From: Scenedesmus sp. PABB004
Taxonomy: Eukaryota
Assembly (NCBI GenBank): GCA_014905635.1
Contig: JABVCE010000004.1
Span: 1,550,001-1,614,000, forward strand
Direction: 5' to 3'
DNA length: 64,000 nucleotides
In this document: positions 22,701 through 35,497 of the stretch, one piece after another
How positions within the stretch are numbered: the first letter of the stretch is position 1
How the letters are laid out: every line of letters starts with the position of its first letter
Translations under genes and position numbers: made by a program
The notes under the pieces: model-generated
Database searches by the model: none
What the model was told of the DNA's origin: nothing
The model's input: the letters and a program-made list of their open reading frames with translations, nothing else

Positions 22701-24939
22701 GCGCCGCGACCCAGGCCGCCTCCTCCTGCTGCGTCGCCGCGAGCTTGGTGTCCTGCGAGCGCGCGCACGGCGGACCCGGAAGGGGGAGAGGGGGCGGGCG
22801 GGGGCGCGTGTCGGGCGGCGGACGCGGCGCCCGAGGGACGCTCCCTCCCTCCCTCGAGCCCGCGGAGCAGGGCCGCGCCACGGGCGCGGCGCGGCGCGGC
22901 GCGGCGCGGGGGGCGCGCGCACGTCTTTGAAGGACAGGCGCCCCCCGAGCGGCGCGTAGGCGTTGTCGAGGCGCTTCCACGCGACGCTGGCGGGGCCGGG
23001 GTCCATGAACGGCCCAGACAGCTTCAGCAGCACGCGGCAGAGGTTGACGAAAAAGCCGTGGCTCGCCGCGCGCTGGCGAGGCGATGACACCGCGGGGCAG
23101 GGGCAGGGCAGTCGGCGTTTAGGGGCGCGGGCGCACCGCAACGCGAAGCGAGGCGCGGGGCGCGGCGCCGCCGGGCGGGCCCCGGCCCCGGCCCCGGCCG
23201 CGCTGCCTCGCCGCGCCGCGCCGCGCCGCGCGGCGCCGCACCCTCAGGTCTGCCTGCATCTTGCCGCGCTCGTTGTTGCCCTCGATCACGCCGCCCAGCC
23301 AGGCCAGCATCGCCTCGCGCGTGGCCTTGCCGAGCAGGGCCTTGACGATCGCCGCCAGCTCGCCCGCGATGTGCTTCGCGGCCATCTGCAGCGTGTCGAT
23401 GTGCCGCGCCGCGTCGCCCTGCGGGGTTCAAGGAGGCCCAGCGCCGCCGCGGTCGGCTTCACGCGCCGGCGCCGCCGGCGGCGGCGGGGCGGCGCGCTGT
23501 CCGCGCGCGCGTGCGCGCTGCGCGGCGGCCCTCTCACCGCGCGGCGCGCGCCCGTGGCGAGGCCGTTGAAGCACTGCTCGGCGACGCTCGGCTGCGCGAC
23601 CGGGCGGCGCACCTCGTCCTCTATCGCGCTCGGGCTGAAGCAGGGGCCCAGCCAGCTCATGCCCGGGAGCTCGATCGCCCGCCCTGCCGCGCACGGCGGC
23701 GGCGGCGGCGGCGCGGCGTCAGGGCGGCGCAGCGTCGGGGCGGTGCAGCGGCGCGGCGGCCCACAGCCCCGGCGGCGCGGCGGCGCGCAAGCGCGCCGCG
23801 CTGCCCGGGGGCCCGCGCCCCGCCGCGCACCGGTGTAGGCTGCAAGGTCTGGCAGGAAGGTGGGCAGGCGCACCAGCGCCGACGCGATGGGCTCGATGCT
23901 CGCCAGGTGCTTCACCACCGCCAGCGGCGCCGCATACGCCCCGAGCGGCGAGCACGCCTGCACGCGCATCGCCAGCTCGCGCGCTGCGGGGCGCGGCGCG
24001 GCGGCGGCGGCGGCGGCGTGGGCCCCCGCCGGCGGCGGTTCGCGCGCTGCGCGCCGCCGCCGCGCCGCGCGCGTCCCCCGCGCCCCCTGCCGTCGGCGCA
24101 CCGATCGGCGCGAAGATGGCCGCCAGCGCCTCGCCGTCCTGCCGCGCGCCGAGCTCCTCCAGGAAGCCGGGCGGCAGCGGCGTGGCCGCGCCGGCGACGG
24201 CGCGCGGCGCCGACGAGAAGAGGTCCCCGCTCGCGTCGCGCGCGTCAACGGCGTCCAGCAGCTGCAGCGCGCCGCGCGCCGCGGACGCGTCGGGCTGCGT
24301 GCGGGCAGCAGGCGGGGGCAGCGGTCGGCCGGCGGTTCGGTTGGCGGGCGGCGGTCGGCGGGCGGCCGGGCGCGCCCGTGGTGCGCTGCACGCGCGGCGC
24401 CCCCCCCCCCCCCCGCGCTGCCGCGCCGGCGCGCGCCCCTGCCGCCGCGGCCCACCTCTGGCACCACGCCTGTGCCCGCGAGGACGAGGCCGGCGTACGA
24501 CACGATCAGCTCCCGCGCCGCGCCGACCGCGGCGGCCACGGCCGCCGCCGCGCCCGCGTCGGCGCCGCGCGGCGGCGCGCGCAGCTCGGCGCTGCTGCGC
24601 GCGAAGCAGCCGAGCAGGTAGTGCAGCGGCGGCTGCGGGTACGCCTCGGGCGGCGCCTCGATGAGGCGGCTCACAAACACGTGGTCCAGCAGCGCCGCGC
24701 TCAGCAGCGGCGGCCCGCCGCCGTCGCCGCCCGTCGCCGCGACCTCCTGCGGCGGCGGCGGCGCGTGGCGCCTGGTGCGCGCCGCCCGGCGCCACGCGCG
24801 CGGCGCGGCGCGCCGTGCGGCCCCGCACCGTTGCGAGGCCGGCCAGGTAAAGCACCGGCGGGCTGGCCGACGCGTCGGCCTGCTCGGGGGCCAGGCAGAC
24901 CGCCAGGATGCGCCGCAGGGCCGCGTCCTCCGCCGCCAT
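19702..24939 (-). CDS. UFD2: Ubiquitin conjugation factor E4 (UFD2/UBE4, U-box)
   Basis: Ufd2 core motifs [53 protein letters not shown] and [16 protein letters not shown], plus the U-box [24 protein letters not shown]...DPINRAPL. Confidence 0.95.
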
Positions 24940-25517
24940 GTTGGTCTGCAGCCCCTAAAACGCCAGCCTGCGGCGGCGGCGAGGCGGCGGTGGCGGGCCG
25001 GGTGCGGGCGCGGGCCCCGCCCGGCGCGCCGCGCGGCGCCGGCAACGGCAGCCCGCCGCCCGCGTGCGCGGGCGGCGGCCCCGCCGTGCCCAGCGCCATG
25101 CCGTCGTCGGGGCTGCCGCCGTGCAGCGGCGGCAGCGCGCCGCGCACCACCACGCGCTGCTTTGTTTCGAGCGCGCGCTCAGGCGCGGTCCATGCGCGCC
25201 TGGGACGGCTGCGGCGACGTCTCAGCTGCGATCAGCCGCCTGATCAAGGCCGGTAGCGTGCGCGGCGAGCGGCAGGCCGCGGCGGCGGGTCGCGGCGCAG
25301 CGTTGAACTCGGTCGCTGCGAGCCCACAGAGCCAGGTCAGTGCGTCTGCCAGGCGTGATGTGTGATGAGCAGGACTCAGCAACCAGCGAGGCGCGTGTGA
25401 ACAAGCGGTTGCAAAAGCGCGGCGCTTCTGCGCTGCTGCCGCCACTGCTCGCCCGCACGCATGCCCGAGCGGCCCGCCCGCCCCCGATCCTTCCCGGCGT
25501 GCCATGAGCAACTCGGC

Positions 25518-27485
25518 ATGACGGAGGGCGCCAGCAGCAGCAGCCGCGCCGCGTTCGTCGCCGGCGCGGCGGCCGGCGCCGCGGCGGCGGCCGCCGCCGC
25601 GCTGGCGCTCCACCTCCTCGCCCGCCAGCAGCAGTGGCGCCCAGGCACTGCCCCGCCGGCGGCGGCGGCGGCGGGCGCGGCGCCCGGTGGCGGCGCGGCG
25701 CCCGGCGGCGCGGCGGCCGGCGGCGCGCTGGATCACTTTGAGCGCGATGAGATCCTGGCGGAGCAGCTCACGCGCAACGTGCAGTTCTTCGGCCTGGAGC
25801 GGCAGCGCGACGTCGGGCGCGCGTTTGTGGTGGTCATCGGGCTCGGGGTGCGGCCGGCCGCGCGCGGCTCGAGGAGCGCACGCGCGGCCAGGCCGGCCGC
25901 GGCCGGCCGACGCGCCGCCGCACCGCCGCGCCCGCCCGCAGGGCGTGGGCAGCCACGCGGCGCACCTGCTGCTGCGCAGCGGCGTCGGGCGGCTGCGCCT
26001 GGTCGACTTTGACCAGGTCACGCTGAGCAGCCTGAACCGCCACGCGACCGCGACGCGCGCCGACGTCGGCACGCCCAAGGCGACCTGCCTCGCGCGCGCG
26101 CTGGCGGCCATCATGCCCGAGGCGGTGCTCGAGCCGGTCGTCGCGATGTGCACGGCCGACAACGTGGAGCAGCTGCTCGAGGGCGGGCCAGACTTTGTGC
26201 TGGACGCGATCGACAACATACACACCAAGGCGCGCCAGCGGCACCCGGCCCGGCGGCGGCGGCCGCCGCGCCACCCGGCGGGCCCGCCGGCGGCGCTGCC
26301 GGCCGCGCCGCGGCGGCGGGCCGGCCACGCGCGCCCCCGCCCGCGTGCCGTGCAGGTAGCGCTGCTGGCGGCGTGCAAGCGGCGAGGCGTGCCCGTGCTG
26401 TGCGTCGCGGGCGCGGGCGCGAAGGCCGACCCCACGCGGCTGCGCTTCGTCGACGTGAGCGAGTCGAGCATCGACCCGCTCGCGCGCGCGGTGCGGCACA
26501 AGTGAGCGCCGCCGCCGCCGCGCGGCTGGGCGCCCGCAGCACGGCGCCGCGCAGCTCTGCCGCGCAGCCGCTCAGCACGCGCGGCGACGCTCAGCGCGCG
26601 CCGCGCCGCGCGTGCACCGCGCCGCGCCAGGCTGCGGCGGGAGTGCGGCATCCAGGGCGGCGTGCCGGTGCTGCTGAGCACGGAGAAGCCGCGGTGCAGC
26701 CTGGTGTCGCTGGTCGACATGGAGGGCGGCAACCCGCTGGACTACCAGGCGCGGCCGCGCGCATGTGCGCGCGCTGCTAGCTGCTGCGCGCCCACAGCGC
26801 GGCGGCCGCGCGAGGCGACCCGTCGTCCCCGCGCACCCGCAGGTGGTGCCCAACTTCCGCGTGCGCACCATCCCCGTGCTTGGCACGGCGCCGGCGGTCT
26901 TTGGCATGGCCGCCGCGGCGTACGTGCTCTGCGCGCTCGCGGGGTCGCCGCTGCAGGGCGAGCCGATCATCCAGCTCACGTCGCAGCAGTACGACCGCGC
27001 GCTGCACCGCCTCGCCGCGCGCGAGGAGGCGGTGTTTGGCAACACCGAGCCGCTGCCCGTCGACCGCGACGACGTGCGCCGCGCCGCGTCGCGCCGCGCT
27101 GCGCCGCGCTGCGCCGCCGCGGCGCGGCGCGCTGCTGCCGGCCCCGCAGCGGCTGACCCCCCCCCCCCTTTCCGCGCCGCGCCACAATTAACTGCAGATC
27201 GTGCTCCTGCTGCGCGAGGTGTATCGCGGCTTCTCGGCGCGCGCGGCGCGCTGCGTGCGCCCGGGCGGCGACAAGGGGCTGATGCGCGCGACGGCGCACC
27301 TCGCGCTCACGCGCTGGGACAGCGGTTTGCCGCCGACGGTGGACAACCTGGTGCTGCTCACCGAGGAGGAGGCCGACGCGCACGACGCGGCGGGCGGGCT
27401 GCACGCGCTGCGCGGCGCCGAGCCGGAGTTCGTGGCGCGCGTGGAGGCGCTGCTGGACGTCGTGCGCGCGCAGTTGATGTATTGA
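25518..27485 (+). CDS. tRNA threonylcarbamoyladenosine dehydratase (TcdA/TCD1-2, ThiF family) with N-terminal TM anchor
   Basis: EQLTRNVQFFG, VVVIGLGGVGSHAA, RLVDFDQVTLSSLNRHA, DFVLDAIDNIHTK, GAGAKADPTR, DPLARAVR, STEKP and PNFRVRTIPVLGTAPAVFG. Confidence 0.92.
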
Positions 27486-27590
27486 CCGGCTGAACGGTCA
27501 GCAACGGCTCGCCGGCCCGTCACACGCACGCTGCGGGGCCCTGCAGCGCACGCCCCCCGCCCCGCCGCGCGCCGCCGCCTCGGCCGCGCC

Positions 27591-29700
27591 TCACGCGTCG
27601 CCGCCTTGGCAGCAGGCGGGGCATGACGTTGCCTCGGCGGCGTCCCAGCAGTCGCGGTGCAGCAGGTGTAGGCAGCCGAGCAGCAGCAGCGCCCGCCCGC
27701 CCGGCGGCGTGGCCTCGCCCGGCGCGACGGGCTCGCGGCAGACGGGGCAGGCCGCCGGCGCGTCGCGCCCCAGCGCCGCCGCGGCCTTGAGCCCAAAGAG
27801 GCGCTTCCGCTGCTCCGCCGCCTGCCGCCGCGCGTCCGGGTGCTCCAGCTGTGCGGCGCGGGCGCGCGGGCGCAGCGCGTGGGCGGCGCCGCTCGCGCCG
27901 CGCGCGCCGCCCCCCCCCCCCCCCTCGCGCTGCCGCGGCCCGCGGCGCGTGCCTGCAGCTCGTGCAGGTTGGCCAGGTTGACGAGGCACTTTGCGACCTT
28001 GTCCTGGTCGCCGACGAGATCAAAGATCTCCAGGCTCTTGGCATATGCGTCGCACGCGTCGGCGTAGCGCTGCGCCGCGTAGAGCGCGGCCGCGAGGCTC
28101 ACCAGGCTGCCCGCGTGCTCCATGATCGCCGTCGCGAGCGCGCTGCCGCGCCGCCCCGCCTCGTGCAGCGAGACGACCTGCGCGCCCGCGGCGGCGGCGG
28201 CGGCGCGCGGGGCGCTGCGGTGGGGCGCGGCGGCGGCGGCGGGCGGCGGGCGGCCGCAGCCCACGCGCGCCGGCCGCGCGCGCCGCACTGCGTCCTCGCG
28301 CAGGCTCACGGCCTCCTCCAGCAGCGCGACCGCCTCGGCGGGGCCGCGCGGCATTACGACGGCGCCGAGCTGCGTGAGGCAGCCCGCGCGCGCCGCACCG
28401 CCGTCGGGCAGGCCGCCCGCGACGCGCAGCGCCTGGCGCATGAAGCCCTCCGCCGCGGTGAGCTGCCCCGCGTCGCGGTAGAGGCTGCCCATGCCGCTCA
28501 GGCAGTCGACCTGCGCCACGGCGCGCGGGAGGGGCCCGCGCGGGCGCGCCGGGGTGAGGGCGGGCGGCGCGGCGGGCGCAGCGCGGCACACAGCGCGGGC
28601 GCCGCGGCGCGGCGCGCCTGCAGCTTTTTGTTGCCGCTGCGCTCCGCGAGCTGACAGCCGCTGGCAAACGCAGCGGTGGCCTTGGGCGTGTCGCCGAGCT
28701 TGGCGTGCGCGTGCCCGCTCCACTTGCACGCGTCGCCGGCCAGCCCCAGCTCGCCCGCGCGCTCCGCGGCGCGCCGCACAGCCTCGAGCTGCGTCAGCGC
28801 GGCCGCGTGCTGGCCCTGCACAAACACGAGCACCGCCTGCTCAAACGCCGCCTGCAGCGGCGCGCGCCCCGCCCGCTGCTGCCCCGCCGGGCCCTGCTGC
28901 AGGTACCCCTGCAGCGCCTCCAGCATCGCCGCGGCGTCGCCCTGCTGCTGCTCGCCCGCCTGCTCGCCGCCCGCCCTGCCGCCGCCGCCGCCGCCGCGGC
29001 CGCGCGCATGCGGCGCGGCGGCCGCGGTGGGGCTCGTCGCGCCGCTGCCGCCGCCGCCGCCGCCGCCGCCGCTGCTGCCGGCCAGCGCCGCGCACTCCGC
29101 CTTGTGCGCCGGCCACGCCGCGCGCTGGCAGTCGCGGCTGCAGTACCGCACCGCCTTGCAACGCCCGCACCGCAGCAGCGCGCTGTCGGACGCGGACGGC
29201 GCCTTGCCGCAGAGCGCGCACAGGTCATCGGTGGCGGCGCCGCCGCCGCCGGAGCTGCTGCTCGCGACCGGCGCGTCGGCCGCGCCGCTCGCGGCGCCCG
29301 CGTCGGCCGCCGGCGCCGCTGGCGGCGGCGCCGCTGGCGACGCGGTCGTGAACAGTGGCTGCGCCCCGCCACGCGACGGCCGCGCCTGCGCCTTTGCCTG
29401 CGCGGCCGCCGCGCGCGCCCGCTCCTCCTCCGCCTCGGCCTCCTCGGCGCGCTGGAGCAGCGGCAGCAGCGGCGGCAGCGGCGGCGGCCGGTGCGGCGCC
29501 GGTGAGCCCGGCGCGCGTGCCCTGTCGCAGCGGCTGCCGCGGGGTGCAGCACAGGCGCGCGGGAGCGGGGCGGTGGCGGCCGGGCGGCGCACCTGGATTG
29601 CAGCCGCTGCTTGCGACCACGCGAGGTAGGCCACGCAGCACGCCGCCGCGCCCGCCACGACCACCGGCAGCCAGGCGGAGGCGGGCCGGTCGGATGCCAT
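27591..29700 (-). CDS. Protein with N-terminal TM, MYND zinc finger, TPR repeats and C-terminal RING-H2 (putative E3 ligase)
   Basis: WLPVVVAGAAACCVAYLAW (TM); CALC...RCGRCKAVRYCSRDCQRAAWPAHKAEC (MYND); TPR-like helices (CLSGMGSLY, AKCLVNLANLH); CPVC...LGCLHLLHRDCW...CPAC (RING-H2). Confidence 0.82.
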
Positions 29701-30059
29701 GGCCTGCTGCGGCGAGCGCGCCGGGGGACGGCTGCGCGGGGCGCCTCCGCGCTCTGCGTCGGCGGCGGGCGGCGCGCAGCGCGCGCTGTGGGGCGCTCTG
29801 CCTGCGATGAGGACGAGAGTCAGCGCTCTGATGGCCAGCAGAGACGACGTCGCGAGCAGGAACAGCGGCTGTCACGAGGGCCGTCAGAAGCGGCGCGCGG
29901 GAACGAGCTGTCGCGCCGCCGCGAATCCACCGCACACCGCCGGCCAGGCCGCAGACTGACTCGCACGCACTCCCCACGCCCATCGTCTAGCCGTCGCCGC
30001 CACGCAAACTCGTCCGAGCACGCGCACAGCGGCAGCCGCGCGCGGCCCGCTGCCCACAA

Positions 30060-31115
30060 ATGCAGCACCCGCACCGCGCGCCGGCGCCGCCGAGCGGGGG
30101 CTGGCAGGTCGGCATCCGGCGCTTCGCCAGGCGGCGGCGAGAGGAGGAGGCGGCGGCAGAGGAGGGCGCACAGCAGCAGCAGCAGCCGGCAGGCCCGCGC
30201 GCCCGCGCCGGGGCGCCGGCGGCGGCAAGCGCAGCGGCCCGCCGCCGGTGCTGTTCGAGCTGCTCGGCGGGAGCGCGGCCGCGCCGCGCGCGGTGGCCAA
30301 GCGCCCGCGCGCAGGCGAGCAGCCAGCGCGCGCAGCGCCCAGGGGGGCTGGCAGTGGACAGCTGCCAGCGCGGCAGCAGGTGCCGCCGGGTGCGGACGCC
30401 GTGGCGACGCTCCTGCTTCCGAGGGACGCGCAGGCGCGCCGCGGGGCCACGCAGGCCTGCCCGATCTGCGGGGCGGAGCTGCCTGCGGCGGAGCTGCAGG
30501 CGCACGTCGACGCCGAGCTGCGTGAGCTCGAGGACCTGGAGCGATTGCAGCAGCAGCAGCAGGTGCCGCAGCAGCAGCAACTGCAGCGACAGTGGCGGCA
30601 GCAGCCGCAGGTGCAGCAGCAGCAGCAGCCGCAGCAGCAACAACCCCCGCCGCAGCGGCAGCCCCCGCCGCAGCAGCAGCGACCGACGCAGCCGCAGCGG
30701 CAGCCACCGCCCAAGCTGCAGCCGCAGCAGCCGTGGCGGCCGGCACCGCCAGCGCGCGGCGGCGGCGGCGCCGCGCCGCGGCCGAGCAGCGTGACGGGGC
30801 TGCGCCTGGCGCCGAGCAGGCCGGCGCGGGGCGGCGAGAGCGTGTTGGCAGAGTTCAACCACTGGGGCGACTCCAGCAGCAACTGGCTGGTGAGCGCCCG
30901 GGGGCCGCGCCGCGCCCGGCGGCAACTGGCTGCGCTGCGCAGGGGAGAGGGGGAAGCGCGTGGCGGCGCGCGGGGGCCCGCCCGCTGACGCGCGCGCGCG
31001 CCGCCGTGCCGCGCAGGACGACTCGATGATCGGCCTGGACGGCGCGCCGCAGTCGGCCGCCGAAAACTGGGAGGGCATCGGGCGCTGTGCGGTGGGGCCG
31101 CGCACGCTCCGCTGA
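30060..31115 (+). CDS. Q/P-rich protein with UBZ-like zinc finger
   Basis: CPICGAELPAAELQAHVDAEL resembles a Rad18/UBZ4 finger. A GT-AG intron lies at ~30890-31016. One apparent frameshift falls in G-run 30210-30213. Confidence 0.6.
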
Positions 31116-31196
31116 GCACGGCGCTACGGTTGCCGGGCGGCGCGCCGTGTGACAGCCGCGCGCGCACGCCTCGCCACGGCTCCCCTGCTCGCTGCG

Positions 31197-32329
31197 TCAC
31201 TGCCACCAGCCGCGCCCGCGCGGCGGCGCGGCCACGAAGGCCGCCTCAAACGCCTCGATGCGCGCGCGCGTGGCGGCGTCGATGGACTCGTCCACGACTC
31301 GCGTCGCTGCGGCGCGCGCGACCGCGCGCGCCGACTGCGCGCGGAACTGGCCCTGCAGGCCCCGCACGACGGGGTACCCGAGCCAGGCCAGCGGGTGGTG
31401 GGGGCGGGAGAACGTGAAGATGTCATACCTGGGGGGTGCCAGGGCGGTCACGGGGCTCAGCGCCCGAGGGCTTGCGCGGCATGCCGCACTGCGCGGGCCA
31501 GCAGAACCCCGGCCGGGCCAGGCCGCGCGGGCCGGCGCCGCCGGCACGCACCACACCGAGTCGTCGCTGCGGTCCCACTCCACGCGGAAGCGCTCCTCGC
31601 CGGCCAGGTAGTGGGAGTGCAGGCAGGCGGCCGCGTAGCTCAGGTGCCGGCCGTGGCGCTGCGGGCGCCGCTGCTGCTGCCCCGCCCGGCCGCCCAGCCA
31701 GCCCGGCAGCCAGCGCCGGCCGCGTCTGCTGCTCTGGCTGCTGCTGCTGCTGCTCTGGCCGCCAACGCCGTTGGGGGGCTCGTCGTCTCGCCGCCAGCTG
31801 CCCTCGTCCCAGTACCTGCGGCAGGCAGCGGCGGCGCCGCGTGGGCGGCTGCCGCGCGCCGCTGCCCGCGCCGCGGCGCCCGGCGACGCCCGCGCTCACA
31901 CGATCTGCAGCGGCACCGCCGTCCAGACGCCAAAGACGTTGGCCGCCACGCACACGGGCGCGCCCGGCGCGATCGGCGTGGCCGCGTCGACGCGTGCCCA
32001 GGGCAGCTGGAACTGGCCCCAGCCGGCCACCAGGTCGCGCGTGGCCTCGTACGTCTGCCGCCCGTAGCCGACGCGCAGCCGCACGTGGTCGACGTTCCAC
32101 CAGCCGTCCTCCAGCGCCGCCGCGCCCAGGGGCGGCGCGTCGCGCGAGGCGCCGGCCGCCGAAAAGTTGAAGCCCCGGCTGCGGCGGCGGCGGGCGGCTC
32201 GCCCCGCTGCCGCCCGCGGCGTGCGAGCGGCGCTTGCTCGCGGGCGGCGGCGGGACCGCACCTCTGCCCCTTGGCGCACACCGCCGCCTCCTGTTCCTTG
32301 CTGGGGCGCCGCAGCGACACGAAGAACAT
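31197..32329 (-). CDS. DUF1990 / UPF0548 family protein
   Basis: MFFVSLRRPS...RLRVGYGRQTYE...WGQFQLPWARV...PLQIVY...HYLAGEERFRVEWDRSDDSVWYDIFTFSRPHHPLAWLGYPVVR. Confidence 0.88.
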
Positions 32330-32921
32330 GGCGGCGCGCCGGACAGCGGCGCCGCGGTCGGGCGGCGCGCTGCTGGCGCGGGCGGCGGCGGCAGGGCGTG
32401 CCGGCTGCGTCCGCAGGCGCTAGAGGTGAGAGCAACCCCGGATGCACGATGTGGCCGGCGGCGGCGCAGCGGGCGCGTGGCGCGGCGCAGCAGCAGGCGC
32501 CGAACCGCCGTGGTTCGGGTGTTCGCGAGGGCTTGGCCCGCTGCGATCGCCGCACTACACGGAACGCCGCCGGCACCAGGCAGTCGCTGCCCTCTGCCCG
32601 CGCGAGCAGCCGTCGACGCGCGGTCCGCAGCCCGCTCAGGCCGGCTCTCTCCCTGCGCGCCCAGCAGCAGCTCGCACTGCATCACGCCCGTGACCGCCCA
32701 GGCACCGCGCACGGCCGCGCTGCGGGGGCCTGGGGGCCGTGCCGCCGGCGGTTGACCTGCGCTCGCTGCGCCGCGGCGCTGGCCCGGCCGTCCGGGGGCG
32801 AGGCCGCAGCGCTGCGGCGCCCGCGCCGGCGCGGGGGCAGCTGGCAGCCCGCAGCACAGCTGGCAGCCCGCAGCCCGCAGTCGGCGCGGCGCCGCCGGCG
32901 GCGCCCGCGGCGCGTGGCGCG

Positions 32922-33756
32922 ATGGAGCAGCAGCACATGACCAGCCCGCTCTTCATGCGCATGCAGCAGCGCATCGCGCGGAGCTCGCTGCCGCGCAAGC
33001 TGACGGAGGAGGAGCAGGCGGAGATCGCGTACGCGTTTGAGAAGCTCGGCGGCGGCGAGGCGACGGTGAACGCGCAGCACGTCAAGGTCGCGCTGCGCGC
33101 GATGGGCTTCCCGGTGAGCGTCGGCAGACGCTGCGCCGCCGCCGCCAGCGCGCGCGGTGGCGGCGTTTTGAAGCTGCGGGCGGGCGGCTGCCGGGCGGCG
33201 GCGTGCCGGGCGCGCCCGGGCGCCGCGCGGCGCCAGCCCGCGCGCGCGCCCGCCATGGCCGCCGCCGCCAGGTCAAGAAGGCGGACGTGGCGGAGCTGCT
33301 GCGCGACCACGGCCTGCCCGGTGACGCGCCGCTGGCGTGGCCCGCGTTCAGCGAGCTGCTGGCCGCCAAGGTCTCGGAGCGCAGCCCGCACGACGAGGTG
33401 CGGCGGGCGTTCACGCTCTTTGACGTGCGCGGCGCGGGGCGCATCACGCTGGAGGACCTCGGCGCCATCGCGCGCCAGCTGCGCTGCGACATCGAGCCCG
33501 AGGAGCTGCGGGACATGATCGCAGAGTTTGACAGGCGCGGCGGCAGTGGGCGACGGGGCGGCGGGGCGGGAGCATGTGCGCGGCCAGCTGGAGGAGGGGA
33601 GGGCGGCGGCGATAGCGGCGGCGGCGGTGTGCGCGCGCGCGCCCAGCCCGCCGCGGCCGCCCCGCCCTGCCCGCCGCGGCCGGTGCGCGCAGGGACGGCG
33701 ATGGCGCAATCAGCGAGGAAGAATTTCGCGCGATCGTGGCGGCGCACGACGAGTGA
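32922..33756 (+). CDS. Centrin/caltractin-like EF-hand protein
   Basis: LTEEEQAEIAYAF...VKVALRAMGFPVKK...EVRRAFTLFD...GRITLEDL...EELRDMIAEFDRDGDGAISEEEF, over 3 exons with a GC donor at 33535. Confidence 0.88.
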
Positions 33757-33802
33757 GGGGCCGCCGGCTGCCCGGGGGCGCGCGTCGAGAGGCACGCGCG
33801 CC

Positions 33803-33807
33803 TGTAA
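33803..33807 (+). terminator. TGTAA chlorophyte polyadenylation signal of the centrin-like gene
   Basis: TGTAA lies 47 nt after the stop at 33756. UGUAA is the established chlorophyte poly(A) signal. Confidence 0.6.
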
Positions 33808-33829
33808 CCAGCGACGCAACGTCACAGCC

Positions 33830-34661
33830 TCAGCCGCGCTTTGCCCGCTGGTCGCCGTGCCCCGCCGCGCCCGACAGCGCGCCGTCGAGCTTGGTCAGCG
33901 TGCGCTGCAGCAGCCGCTGCTGCTCCAGCGCGCCCGCGCCGCCGCCCTGGGAGGGCCGCTCGCTGCTCGCGAGCAGCGCCGCCTGCTGCGCGGCCGCCTC
34001 TTTGGCGAGCGCGCGCGTGGCAAAGAGCTGGCCCTGGATGTCCAGAAGCCGCCGCATGACAAAGAAAAGGAAGATGCTGTGCGCCCGGGCGCGGGGCGGG
34101 GCGGGGCGGGGCGGGGTGGGGCGGTGAGGCGCCGCCGACGCTGCTGCGCCAGCACCAACAGCGCCAGCACGCACCTGCCGCCGGCGATGAGCGCGTTGCG
34201 CTGCAGGAACAGCGTGGTCAGCTGCGCGTCGCACGAGGCGGCGTAGATCTTGTTGTGCGCGGCGAGGCTGCGGCCCGCGTCCCACAAGTAATAGGAGTTC
34301 AGTGTCAGCACCACCCATGACGTTTTCTTGACATACTCCTGGCTGTGCCTGCGCACGCGGGGGCGCGGCAACCCCGGTCGGCTGCGGCGGCGCTGCCTCG
34401 GCTGCCGGCGCCGCCCTGGGCCGCACCAGAAGCGGGAGATGCCGCCCTGGATCGCGCCGCGCACGGCGTTGCTGGGCATCGGGGCCACCAGCAGCGCGAC
34501 CACGGCGACCTGCGGCGGCGCGGCGACGGTGCGTGGAAGGCTGTGCTGCTCCCGCGGCGCGCTGCTCCAGACGAGCTGCTGTTCCGGTGGCGGCGCACCT
34601 CGACCACGCTGAACAGCGCCATGAGCGCCCACACCGGGTCCAGCTGCGTTGCTGGGCCCAT
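33830..34661 (-). CDS. BAP29/BAP31-like ER membrane protein
   Basis: Three hydrophobic segments ([36 protein letters not shown]), then a coiled-coil-like tail and a basic C-terminus (AKRG*). Confidence 0.6.
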
Positions 34662-34999
34662 CGGCGCTGGCGGCGCCCGCAGCGGCGGCGCGCGCGGCAG
34701 CAGCGGCGGCGCGCCCGGGCGCTGGCGCGTCCAATCGAGCCGGCGCCGTGGTCGGGGGACGCGCGGGGACTACTGCAGCTGCGGGAGGGCGGGCGGGCGC
34801 GCTGCTGCCGCGGTTTTGGCACTCTGCTGTGCCGTCGGCACCTCGGCTCCCCAGCGCCGCGCAGACCATCCCGACACTGCTCGTTAGAAGCATACCGCGT
34901 CAAGCTCTCTACCAGCTCTCTCATTCCGCAGTCGCACGCCATGGCTGGTCCGCCGTGAGCCTGTGTGGCCCGGCAGCAGCAAGCGCGACCAGCAGCAGC

Positions 35000-35459
35000 A
35001 TGTCGGCCCTCCTGGCCCGCGCCGCAGCGGCCGGCCTGCCGCGCCTGGCAGCCCTCCTGGCGGCAGCCCGACTCCCGGGACTGGCTGCCGCGCCGCAGCA
35101 GCGCTGCGTGACCTCGCTGATCGACACCAAGGGCCGGCGCATCGACAAGCTGCTCATCGCCAACCGCGGCGAGATCGCCTGCCGCATCATCCGCACGGCG
35201 CGCCGGCTCGGCATCAAGACGGTAGCCGTATACAGCGAGGCAGACAAGTATGCCCTGCACGTCGCGCGCGCCGACGAGGCGGGTGCGTGCGCGCCCACCG
35301 CACCGCCAGCAGCCGGGCTGCTGCGCTGCGCCGCGCGCCAGGCGCACCTGACCCCGCCGCCGCCGCCGTTGCCGCCGCAGTGTGCGTGGTGAGCCGGCGT
35401 GCCCGCGGGCGCGGCGCCGGCGGCGGCAGCCGCGGGCTGCCAGCAGGGGGCACGGGCTC

Positions 35460-35497
<38 letters not shown>

